Below, piece after piece: positions 12,877 through 23,624 of a stretch of DNA of 64,000 nt. Below the pieces are notes generated by a model, which had not been told where the DNA came from, did no database searches, and was given only the letters and a program-made list of their open reading frames with translations. This DNA is from Chiloscyllium plagiosum (lineage: Eukaryota): NCBI RefSeq assembly GCF_004010195.1, contig NC_057736.1, positions 15,466,710-15,530,709 on the forward strand, given 5' to 3'. Made by a program: the position numbers and the translations under genes. Position 1 is the stretch's first letter; each line of letters opens with the position of its first letter.

Positions 12877-14402
12877 CTAATAATTAAATAGTATCATGGT
12901 TATAGATGGTGAGTGGTGATCTGATTGAGGTTGGGGTGTGGGATAGTGGCTTTTAATTTGAATTAATATTCAGACGATTATTTTCTTAACTCTCCAGTAC
13001 TTTTCCCACTGCTCCTAAAGATACAATTCTAAATACCTTGGCTCTGACTAGATTCCAGTTTCTTCAGTCTCTCTTCCTGGCCATTATTTTCTCTCTCTCA
13101 GCTCTCACTTTCTCTTTTTCTCATTATTCCTTTAAATTCTTTCATTCCCTCAGTCACTGTCTTTCCCTGTAATGTTCTCCTTCTCTATTTCCAGTGAGCA
13201 CAAAGCATGTGAATAATTTCCCCTTTTCTCCACTAAGCACTTTCAGTTACTACTGGGGATGTTACAGGAAGCGATTACAGTGTCTCCCTAGGCCCTTCAG
13301 TCTCTGTCTACCTCAATTACTTCGCCGATCTGAAACTGTCAGTGCCAACTGAATAAGCTATTTGGGAACAGAACTGATGGCATCATTAGAAAATGATTCA
13401 GTAGCAGACTGGGAGACTCTGGAATCAGTTTAGCAGAACATATATATTGATGGGCTTAAAAAGATCAAGAGCCATCTTTGGGGCTTTAGTCAAACACTAG
13501 CTTTTGAATGTTAAAACATACTTTATAGTCCTTCATGTCATTTTGTTTTTTAGAAATTTAACAAACGTTTTACTTGTGTTGTATAGTCCGATCATTAATT
13601 GTCAGATTGAGTTTCTCATTTAATTAACATTCAGGCTTTGGTTGAACTTCTGCACTTCCACCTTTTGGTTTGTAGTTTAATCTGAATGCTTTAGTCTTAA
13701 ATCAAAGTGTCTTCAGTCAGTGCTGGCTGAGAAGCAGCCCTGCACAAACAGGATACCCTGCAGCTTTTGAACGGGTACATGTTACAGAAAGCCTTAAGGC
13801 TGCAACTATAGCAACTCGTTATGGTTCTGGAGGCACCTTCTACAAGACTTAATACTAAACCTAACGGTGGAGAAGTGGCAAAATGTGTTTCACTCAACCG
13901 CGTTTGGATGTGATATACTATCCTGCCACAAGGTGGTGCTGGACAGCCACATTTCAATTTTAGGTTTTATGGAGCTGATTTCGGTTTTCTTTTGTAACTG
14001 ATTCTCTGACCGGTTGGGATGTAATTCTCTGGTGACTCTCCTGTACCTCTCCCAACCCAATGGATTATCTTCACCCGTCAGTCCTAGGTACTTGCTTTAT
14101 GGCTGTAAACAGCATCATAGCTGATTGCTGTTTGCACTTCCAATGCACGCAGCTTGCCATTTAATTCCGTGATTGTATAAAATGGGTTCTAGTGAATCGG
14201 TAACCAGTTTCAGATCACTCTTCATTTGCAGTTCTACTGACCCCTACTTCATTCATTCTGCAACAGGAATCATGGGCAACATCTAAAGGTTGGGAACTGT
14301 GGCTAATTTTCTATTGTTCCAGTTCAGGCTAAGTATTACCCTTACTTCCAGTTTACATTTAAACAGTTTAACAAATCCTAAAGACACATATGTGATAAAA
14401 AC

Positions 14403-14464
14403 TTTAATTTTCAAAATTAGTTCAATCTTAATAAATAAAAAAACTAATACATTTAAAGTTTAAT
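14403..14464 (-). terminator. Candidate Ripply polyadenylation signals (ATTAAA x2)
   Basis: ATTAAA on the - strand at 14459-14464 and 14403-14408, in an AU-rich tract 135-200 nt past the stop codon. Confidence 0.4.
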
Positions 14465-14599
14465 TATAAATTAATATGTAAATATACAGAATAGAGATCA
14501 ATAACTCTCAGCTGATAAGACCCTATATGTATTGCATCAACTACATATCCACAATTGCAGTAAACATTAGTGTGCTTGCACAATGGATCCTGTCTCAGA

Positions 14600-14738
14600 T
14601 TAACTCTCATCTTCATTCTCTGATTCGCTATCACTCTCCTGATAAAATGAGATTGTTGCCTGCACCGGGAAATTCGCCAAGAGATGAGCTGCATCTTCGT
14701 ATAAATAATCAAACTGTTTAGATTTTGGCCACAGAAGT
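14600..14738 (-). CDS. ripply2: Ripply coding exon 4 (Ripply/Bowline homology domain, acidic tail)
   Basis: Acceptor ctttttcacag|A; encodes LLWPKSKQFDYLYEDAAHLLANFPVQATISFYQESDSESENEDES*. The four exons total 378 nt = 125 aa plus stop, with consistent phases. Confidence 0.95.
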
Positions 14739-16578
14739 CTGTGAAAAAGAAGGGAGAATAGTGTTTCAGTGTTCCACACTCTCTGATCTGGCCACATTTT
14801 CATTTCTGATGATAGGAGCTGGTAAACCAGGAGAGGTTCCTCATTAGTTGTTCTCTGTTCCATACCCTCAGACACTTTCAAGTTAAAACTCTCATCCTCA
14901 TACACACTCTCTCTTTACTGCTTCCCAGCTGCACTGAAATCCTGAGCTTCTCTGATACTGGTCCCTTGCACATTTCTCCATCTCTTCCCCCTCCCCACCT
15001 GCTATCTCCTTCTTTGTCCCACCCCAACCTTCACTCTCATGTTGCTCCTTTGTCCTTCCCTCCATCTCAGCTTTCCCTTCTCCCTGCGTCCTTCCTTCCC
15101 TCTCCCTTTTTCCCTCATTATTTCTCCCTCTGTTATATTGTTACACTATTCATAAAGAAATAGGAACAAATTGCTATGAAAATGGGCATGGAGGGTGGCA
15201 CATTTACTGTTGAACTGCGATCACGTGCTGATTAACAACTGATTAGCCTCTCAGCTGCTTGGAGAGTTGAAAGAAATATACTCAATGATGCTTTGGCATT
15301 TTGAGCCCAGAGTGTGACAGAACATATAACATTCTCTATCTGTCCCTCCTGCCTTCCCAGAATCCTTCCTTACTTCCCACCTTCCTATCTTCACTTCTTC
15401 TTGTCTAACCTTCTCTCTTTCTCACTCTCTTCCCCATCTTCCTCCATCCCTTCAACCACCTTTAGTGGCTATGATCACGTGCTCAGGAATTTCCTCACCA
15501 GATCCTTCTGTCTGTTCCTCTTACATTGTAATTCTCCTTAAAACCAGCTCTCAGATCAAACATTTGATCACCTGACCAAAGATCAGGTTTGCTGCTGTCT
15601 CTTTTGTCTCTCATTAAAGTCATTGTTCATGTTAAAAGTGCTTCTGAAATGCAGGTTACTTTTGAAAAGTGAAGGGCTGCAGATGCAGATGACTGTCACC
15701 CTTGTATGCATTTGTTTTGTCCTGAAGAAGATGAAGTGGCAGGGAAATGTTCATTTTCCACTTCAGGCTCTTATTGTCAAACTGCGCACTTTGAGTACAA
15801 CAAACTTTAAAAATATTTGCATTTAAATAGCACTTTTCACAACTTTGAGATGTCTCAAAGTGTTTATTTACATTTTTAGAGTGTGTAGCCATTGTTGCAT
15901 TGGCAGAAACATGGCAACCTGTTTATGCATTGCAAGATTTCACAAACAACAATGTAATTATAAATACAGAAAAAAGCTTCCCTCTCCCCACACTCCCAAA
16001 CTCAGAAATAACAGTCCTACTGCAGAAATTGCCCATTACAAACTGACTTGAGGATTGTTGGAATGATATTTCCAAAATATGCGTCTTGACAAAATCTTGA
16101 TCCTTCACCACATGTTTCAATTGACATTGCAAGTCAGTTCACTTGGGATGGGGCAGTTTAAACATGCCCCCATCCCTCTCCCACCAAAGCCATAGGATCG
16201 GTGGGTTTGCCCCTGACCAATACTGAAACCTTGCTGTAGTCAATCATTGAGGTCACAGCTAGATCTAACATTGCAGTTCTACTAGGATGGGCCTCACCAA
16301 GTTGATACTCAAAGCCTCAGTGTCTTAGGTCAGGCAGGAAGGGCGACTGATTGGATGAGGTACAGAGGATCAGCGTGTGTAGGCCTCATGTCCCAGTGAG
16401 AGTGTTATTCTGGTGCGGAAAGAGAGAATGTAAGGGTTTGGAATAACAAGGTCCCCTGGTCACCGAAGCCCATCATGTTTAAACTGGACACCAAATACAT
16501 GCTCATCAGATATTTATTGCTCACAGTTCCCTCCTCCTGAAAATCAGCAACACAATTAAATTCCCATGGTGTACTTAC

Positions 16579-16655
16579 TTGACCGGATGTCGAAATGCTG
16601 GGACTTTATCTCCGCTAAGTGTATGCTGAGTTCGCTCGCTCTCGGAGACATTCAG
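16579..16655 (-). CDS. ripply2: Ripply coding exon 3
   Basis: Acceptor ttctgttgcag|CTG, donor AA|gtaagt; 77 nt. Encodes LNVSESERTQHTLSGDKVPAFRHPV(K), the start of the Ripply homology domain. Confidence 0.92.
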
Positions 16656-17003
16656 CTGCAACAGAAAGGTGAGGATTTTGGGGCTGGAATAAATACCACA
16701 TTCTTTACACTAAAAACAATAAGTGCTGGAAACACTCAGCAAATCTGGCAGCATCTGTGAGGACAGAAACAGTGACTCTTTAAGGCGAATATGGTTCTTT
16801 TTCAGAACCACATTCTTCGTCTTCACTTCATAGTCTTAGAGACACCTAAGGTTCTAATACAGTGAAGATATCAATCTGGGGCAAGATACAAGTTATTGCA
16901 CACTCACACAGGGCATCACATACCCATACTGAGCAGCACACAGCCATTCTCCCTGAGTTTATGAGCTGTGTTATAAGGAGATGCCCACATGAGAGTTCCT
17001 GTT

Positions 17004-17316
17004 GGGCGGCACGGTGGCACAGTGGTTAGCACTGCTGCCTCACAGCGCCAGAGACCCGGGTTCAATTCCCGACTCAGGCGACTGACTGTGTGGAGTTTGC
17101 ACATTCTCCCCGTGTCTGCGTGGGTTTCCTCCAGGTGCTCCGGTTTCCTCCCACAGTCCAAAGATGTGCAGGTCAGGTGAATTGGCCATGCTAAATTGCC
17201 CGTAGTGTTAGGTAAAAGGGGTAAATGTAGGGGAATGGGTGGGTTGCGCTTCGGCGGGTCGGTGTGGACTTGTTGGGCCGAAGGGCCTGTTTCCACACTG
17301 TAAGTAATCTAATCTA
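17004..17316 (+). mobile_element. HE1-type tRNA-derived V-SINE (Ripply intron 2)
   Basis: A box TGGCACAGTGG, B box GGTTCAATTCC, V-domain tgtgtggagtttgcacattctccccgtgtctgcgtgggtttcctcc, (aatct)n tail. Confidence 0.88.
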
Positions 17317-17644
17317 AAAACTCATGTGTGTTTGGGATTTGAGTAGAGCTAGCAATGGGTATTGAAGGAGGAAAGAGTACCTTTCTCACAGCCACTACCT
17401 ACTGCGTAGCAGCATAGCCAGGGCTTCTAGTTAGTGCTGGTCACTGTGAACTGCAGTGTGAACAACATGAGGACTCCCACTCTTCATCACCAGGCCCATC
17501 AGCTGACAGCAGAGTCTGACTCAGCCGTGAGACCCTTTCTGGCCAAGAATCCACCAATGTTCACTATTCATTATGAAGAATTATCACTGGAGGGTGAGGC
17601 ATTTGAGGGTTGGAAGTTGTAATTGAACAACAAACAGAAAGGAA

Positions 17645-17850
17645 AATGTGTTGCTGGAACAGCATAGCAGGTCAGGCAGCATCCAGGGAACAGGAGAATC
17701 GACGTTTCGGGCATAAGCCCTTCTTCAGGAAACCCATTCCTGAAGAAGGGCTTATGCCTGAAACGTCGATTCTCCTGTTCCCTGGATGCTGCCTGACTCC
17801 AGCAACACATTTTCAGCTCTGATCTCCAGCATCTGCAGACCTCACTTTCT
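17645..17850. mobile_element. Head-to-head inverted pair of PLE-derived repeats with two hammerhead cores
   Basis: Core CTGAAGA-a-GGGC-ttat-GCCY-GAAACGTC on - (17701-17728) and on + (17740-17767); the arms are reverse complements. Confidence 0.8.
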
Positions 17851-17959
17851 CAACAAACAAAAAGACAAAACATTGGAAGAGGCCAGTGTTAAACCCAGAG
17901 TTGTGACAGCAACACACTGGTTAATGGAGAGAGAGAGAGAATTGTTGAACCAAACTTAC

Positions 17960-18035
17960 TGTTATCATCTGTCTTTGTTGTTCCCTTGCAATATCTTTGG
18001 GTGTGACTAACCATGGTCTCCAAACACTGCCGGCA
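17960..18035 (-). CDS. ripply2: Ripply coding exon 2 (WRPW Groucho/TLE-binding motif)
   Basis: Acceptor ctattaacag|T, donor ACA|gtaagt; 76 nt. Encodes (S)AGSVWRPWLVTPKDIAREQQRQMIT, with WRPW at 18011-18022. Confidence 0.9.
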
Positions 18036-18827
18036 CTGTTAATAGAAACACAACCAACTGGGTTAAGGAAGCAGGGACAGCAAGTTTGGAGAAATCAGGA
18101 CAATCAGAAGCTTGTAAACTCTACTTCAGTGTTGTCTTCCTTATTACCTCTTTATGCTCTCACGGGATGTGGGGCTTCATTGGCAATACTGGCATTTGTT
18201 TCCTGTCCCAATTTGTTCTTGAACTAAAGGGCTTGCTCAGGTATTTCAAAGGGCAGTTAAGAGTCAACCACATTTTGGTAGGTCCAGAGTCATATATAAG
18301 AGGGAGGATGGCAGACTGCCTAATGGACATTAGTGAAATGGGTGGGTTTTAAACAACAATCAATTAAATCTGTCCTTATCAATATCATGAGACAAACTTT
18401 ATAATTGCAAATTTATTAACTGAAATGAAATTCCACCATCTGCCGTGTTGGGAATTGAACCTAGCACCACCATCTTCCCCTTCAACTATCTGTTAGAGAA
18501 AGCTTGCGTGGCTGGGCTCCTAAATTATCAACACGTTCTGAGTCTGAGCTACCCCTAACCTTTGTCTGTCGCTCAGTGGGTTGCACTCTAGCCTTTGACT
18601 TGAACTCATAGGTTCAAGTCTATAACCCAGTCTGGCTCACCAAGTGGGAAGATTAAGGGAAGTCTATGCAGAGGTGCTGTTGTTTAGGTGAGATGTTATC
18701 ATTTTGCAAAGAAGCTGGAGAGTTCTTCCTGGTGTCCTGAATATTAACCAACAACACAGAGACTGAATATCTCTTCATTCTCACATTCCTGTGTCTGGAG
18801 CACGCCGTGCTTAATTTAATCTCCTAC

Positions 18828-19701
18828 AAAGTTTGTGAGAAGATTTGTAGCTCGGGTGCTCGTTGTTGTGGTTCTGTTCGCCGAGTTGGGAATTTGTGTT
18901 GCAGACGTTTCGTCCCCTGTCTAGGTGAAATCCTCAGTGTTTGGAAGCCTCCTGTGAAGCGCTTCTGTGATGTTTCCTCCTGCATTTATAGTGGTTTGTC
19001 TCTGCCGCTTCCGGTTGTCAGTTCCAGCTGTCCGTTGCAGTAGTCGGTATATTGGGTCCAGATCGATGTGCTTATTGATTGAATCTGTGGATGAGTGCCA
19101 TGCCTCTAGGAATTCCCTGGCTGTTCTCTGTTTGGCTTGTCCTATAATAGTAGTGTTGTCCCAGTTGAACTCATGTTGCTTGTCATCTGCGTGTGTGGCT
19201 ACTCAGGGTAGCTGGTCGTGTCGTTTCATGGCTAGTTGGTGTTCATGGATGCGGATCGTTAGCTGTCTTCCTGTTTGTCCTATGTAGTGTTTTGTGCAGT
19301 CCTTGCATGGGAATTTGTACAAACAGGACAAACAGGAAGACAGCTAATGATCCGCATCCATGAACACCAACTAGCCACGAGATGACACGACCAGCTATCC
19401 TTAGTAGCCACACACGCAGATGACAAGCAACATGAATTCGACTGGGACAACACTACTATTATAGGACAAGCCAAACAGAGAACAGCCAGGGAATTCCTAG
19501 AGGCATGGCACTCATCTGCAGATTCAATCAATAAGCACATCGACCTGAACCCAATATACCGACCACTGCAACGGACAGCTGGAACTGACAACCGGAAGCG
19601 GCAGAGACAAACCACTATAAATGCCGGAGGAAACATCACAGAAGCGTTCCCAAGCACTGAGGATGTCACCTAGACAGGGGACGAAACGTCTGCAACACAA
19701 A
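18828..19701. mobile_element. Penelope-like retroelement 3' remnant (GIY-YIG endonuclease) in fold-back arrangement
   Basis: The - strand encodes YKFPCKDCTKHYIGQTGRQLTIRIHEH..REFLEAW..INK. Arms 18891-19281 and 19325-19703 are inverted. 12-bp TSD ttaatctcctac at 18816-18827 and 19702-19713. Inserted in a Deu-SINE. Confidence 0.88.
19654..19693 (+). ncRNA. Minimal type I hammerhead ribozyme motif of the PLE
   Basis: gca-CTGAGGA-t-gtcacct-agac-aggggac-GAAACGTC-tgc: stem I gca/tgc, stem II, palindromic ACGU, GUC cleavage triplet. A mirror copy lies on - at 18901-18939. Confidence 0.7.
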
Positions 19702-21288
19702 TTAATCTCCTACGTTACAGAAATGAAATGATTGCATGCCAACACTACTTCTTTGGATGTAAATTGCTTTAAGTCATCCTCAGGTTTGAGAAGGCTATAG
19801 ACTACATTGACTATTCCCTTCATATCCATAAGTTGCACACATCAACAGGGCAGGCGCAATGCTTCCTCCCAGGAAGCTGTTGCTGTACACAGACACCAGC
19901 TGGAGATTGGCTCCTCATGTAAACAATGGTTTGTTGCTGATCCCCAATGAGCATAACTCTGTCTATTGGGGCTGTAACACGTCACTGGTATAGCAAACAG
20001 CATTTGTCCCATGACAGACTATTCTCTATCATATCACCAGAGTCAAACTGCTTTGTAACTTCAGTTCACTGATGGTTCAGTTGGTAAGAGCTGAGGTAAC
20101 CAGAGTAGTTAATAGGGGTTTCATGGCTTAAATCTCTGTCTGGAGTTGGAATGTTTTCCATTTGGAAGTGCTAGCACTGGATTTAGTACTCAAGAGGGAA
20201 ATCAGCCAGCTTTCCTGTTTGTTATTCTTAATTGATTCCCGCTGGATATGTCTCTGCATGTACCTTGGGTAATGACACTTACAGGAGAGATAAACATTAG
20301 TAGGCCACTGAGCCCATAGAGACTATTCTCTCACTCAGATAGTTTGTCACTATTCTGCACCTCAGCTCCATTTACCTGGTCTTGCTCCATATCCTTTGAT
20401 ACCATCCCCACAGAAACTCCAGTGGACCTCTCCCCCCAACTTTTTGAGAGTGAGGATTCCAGACAGTCCTTTTTGATTTCCCTCCTGAATAACAACTCTG
20501 GTTTTAAGATTGTTCTGGACTCCCATAGTGGTTCACATTTTGTAAAATCCTTTGATCGGGTCACCCTTCAACCGCATTAAGCTAAGGAAAATACGACGCA
20601 AGGCTATGAAACCTGACCTCTCAACGTAACCCAGGAAAGCCTGGCGTAATTCTGGTGAATTTGGATAAACTCTTTCAAGGGCAACTGAGCTGCTACCCCC
20701 ACGACTCGGAATGGGTCCCTGCAGCATCACTTGCCCCCTTTTGTACATCATCCTCTTGAGATAAGGATCATCTTTATTACTTTTGATTACTTTCTGTACC
20801 AGTGCTCGAGTTTACAGTAATGTGTAACACGCCCAACCCTCTCTGCTCCTCCAATGGTCTCTAGCCATTAAAGAAAATACCTGATTTGTTGTTATTTTAT
20901 GCTTCCATACACTGAACGCCGCCTGCCATTTTTTTTAAATTCTGCTCACTGTCTCTCTCAGGGCGCCCTGTCAACTTGGTGTCATCAGAAACTTGGACAC
21001 GAAACTCTCTTGAGTGAGGACTCCGGGAAGACGTGGGGATCCCGAGTAATTATTACATCTCACTGAACAGACTGTGTCTATATGTGTATATATACAATGT
21101 ATATATAGCACTGCTCCCAGACACCACCCACAGCTCAGAGAGAGGAACAGGAAGCTTGCAGTGGGTAACTTTGGGTTAGAGTGTTAAACTCAGCGCTGAG
21201 CCCCCATTTCATCTGCAGTTCGCTCGATGCTAGCACCCCGAAACTAAAACGCTCCCGGTTTCCCTGTCGGTGGCGCTGGGAATCCTAC

Positions 21289-21374
21289 CTCAGCCCTCCT
21301 GGCTGCTGAGCACTGGGATCGTGCAGGCAGCAGCACAGCCGGCTCCGGGCTCCTGACACTGTATTCCCCTCCAT
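21289..21374 (-). CDS. ripply2: Ripply transcriptional co-repressor, coding exon 1
   Basis: ATG at 21374; MEGNTVSGARSRLCCCLHDPSAQQPGGL plus AG|gtagga donor (phase 2) joins the WRPW exon in frame; lies in a GC/CpG-rich region. The paralog is uncertain (ripply1/2-like). Confidence 0.72.
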
Positions 21375-21960
21375 CTGGGATTGATGCCTGGGATCAATGC
21401 TGGATGTGGTGCTGATTTCCCCAGCCGCTACCGCTGCTGCTGCTCCTTTCCTGGGATCAGGTGGGAATCGGAATGACCCTGTCTGCTTCCCTGTCCTTTT
21501 TATCCAGAGCCTGGCCTCCCCGCAGACTCACTGTGGAAAGGGATAGGCTGCCAGCTGGGTGTCTTGCCCCTGCGATAAAGTCAGTGGTTGTGTCAACATT
21601 GTGGGGAGGGGGCCAAATGCTGGCCTTGGGTCGCAGCTCCAGGCCCCCCCCCCCCCCCACCCCTGCAGGAAGCAGCAGGGACAGTGTCAGGCAAAACAGA
21701 GTGCAGTCAGCAGAGAGAGAGGGGGCTGGCTCCAGTCTGTCACCCTCCTGGCATACTTTCCCACCCCGTCCATCATTAACAGGCAGCAATGAGAAGCTGT
21801 TAATCTCCCAACACCTCACAACCAGCGGGGCTGCTGCCTGCCCCCTCCCAGGCTCAGGGAGACTAGGCTGGGCACTGAGCAGTCTGAGGGTTAGCAGGAG
21901 CTGGCCTCTGTCAGGCTTTTTTGGGGCTTGGGGAAGGGTGGGGGGTATGGGGAATCAAAG
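21375..21960 (-). promoter_or_regulatory. Putative Ripply 5'UTR and promoter
   Basis: GC-rich. TATA-like GGATAAAAAGG (21495-21505, -) about 125 nt upstream of the ATG; E-boxes at 21458-21463 and 21552-21557; RBPJ-type GTGGGAA/TTCCCAC at 21461-21467 and 21758-21764; T-box half-site AGGTGTTG (21809-21816, -). Confidence 0.5.
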
Positions 21961-22135
21961 CTGGGCTCTATCCAAAGCTCCCAAAGTCACAAACATGAAA
22001 TCTTCATGAAAAGTACTATGGATGCTGTAAATCAGAAACAAAAACAGAAATTGCTGGAAAAGCTCAGTGTGTTGAAGATGAAGTTTTCAATGAACAGTGG
22101 GATTGTCTGATACATTGCTGCTTTATTGTGTTCCA

Positions 22136-22594
22136 GACTCACAGAGATGTACAGCACAGAAACAGACCCTTTGGTCCAACTCGTCCATGCTGACCAGATA
22201 TCCTAAGTAAATCTAGTCCCATTTGCCAGCATTTGGCCCATATCCCTCTAAACTCTTCCTATTCATATACCCATCCAAATGCCTTTTAAATGCTGCAATT
22301 GTACCAGCCTCCACCACTTTCTCTGGCAGCTCATTCCATACACGTACCACCCTCTGTGTGAAGAAGTTGTCTCTTAGATCCCTTTAAATCTTACCCCATT
22401 CATCTTAAACCTACATATTCTAATTTTGGACTACCCCATCCTGGGGAAATGACCTTGTCTATTCACTCTATCCATGCCCCTCATGATTTTATAAACCTGA
22501 ATAATGTCACCCTTCAGCATCTGATGCTCCAGGGAAAGTATGTCTAGCCTATTCAGCCTCTCCCTATAGCTCAAACCCTCTATCCTGGGCAACA
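22136..22594 (-). mobile_element. HER1/CR1 LINE 3' end
   Basis: Same 3' sequence and (ctatgact)-type tail as the copies at 28073, 45359 and 55285. Confidence 0.85.
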
Positions 22595-23136
22595 ACTCTA
22601 TGTTCTCTCATTCTCGTTCCTCATACAAGCAGAAACAGCTTTACTCTATCTACACTGTCCAGCCTGATCTCCTCTCTTCTGATCACGGAGAACAATCCCA
22701 CTATTCTCATATTGAAGCTTCTCATTCCTGGAACCATTCCTGTAATTCACCCTCTCCATTCACATCTCTCCTATAATGCGGTGCCTACAACTGTACACAG
22801 CACTTCAGCTGAGGTCTAGCAAGTGTCTTTTACATATTTGGCATCACAAGACACTGAGGCTCCTGATGTGAAAAAAGGACAGCCTTGCATTTATGCATGA
22901 GTTACTGGGATGTCCAATACAGCCCATTGTTACTGAAGGACTTTTTGAAGTGGAGTCCCTGTTATAATGTAGGAAACCTGACAATTGATTTCTGCACAGA
23001 AAGAGGAAAGCAATAATGATCAAATCATCTTCTTTTGTCATAGATGGTAGTGAAACAATAAGATTCTGACAATTTACTTGAATTACTTTATTCGGGTTCT
23101 TGATAAAACTCAGACTTGACAGATTTATGCAACACA

Positions 23137-23484
23137 GTGTGGCATGGTGGCTCAGTGGTTAGCACTGCTGCCTCACAGCGCCAGGGTCCTGGGTTTGATT
23201 CCAACCTCGAGCAACTGTCTGTGTGGAGTTTGCACATTCTTGGCATGTCTGTGTGGGTTTCCTCTGGATGCTCCACTTTCCTGCCGCAATCCAAAGATAT
23301 GCAGGTTAGGTGAATTGGTCACACTAACTTGTTCCATAGTGTTCAGGGATGTGTGGGTTAGGTGCATTAGTTAGGAGTAAATGTGGAGTAGTAGGGGAAT
23401 GGATCTGGGTGGGTTACTCTCTGGAGAGTTGGTGTGGACTTGTTGGGCCGAATGGCCTGTTTCCACACTGGAGGGAATCTATGA
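23137..23484 (+). mobile_element. HE1-type SINE
   Basis: Homologous to 17004-17316. Confidence 0.85.
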
Positions 23485-23624
23485 TTTAAAAACAAATTAA
23501 GGGAAGGTTTCAGTAACAGAATTATGCTTATAACCATCTGATAGGATATGAAGGACGTGTAGCTTTTATTGCCTGGAGCCACTATTCTGGTCTGTCCTGA
23601 TTCTTTTGTATTCTGTAAAACTTA

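Noticed and set aside
14739-14905. N-terminal part of ORF 14600-14905 as Ripply coding sequence
   Set aside because: Intronic read-through; a strong acceptor at 14739 and the upstream HPV exon give the proper protein.
17004-17075. tRNA gene
   Set aside because: The A/B boxes are the head of an HE1-type SINE; there is no full cloverleaf.
21461-22009. 182-aa (+) and 120-aa (-) ORFs
   Set aside because: GC-rich promoter sequence, non-ATG or weak starts, no recognisable domain.
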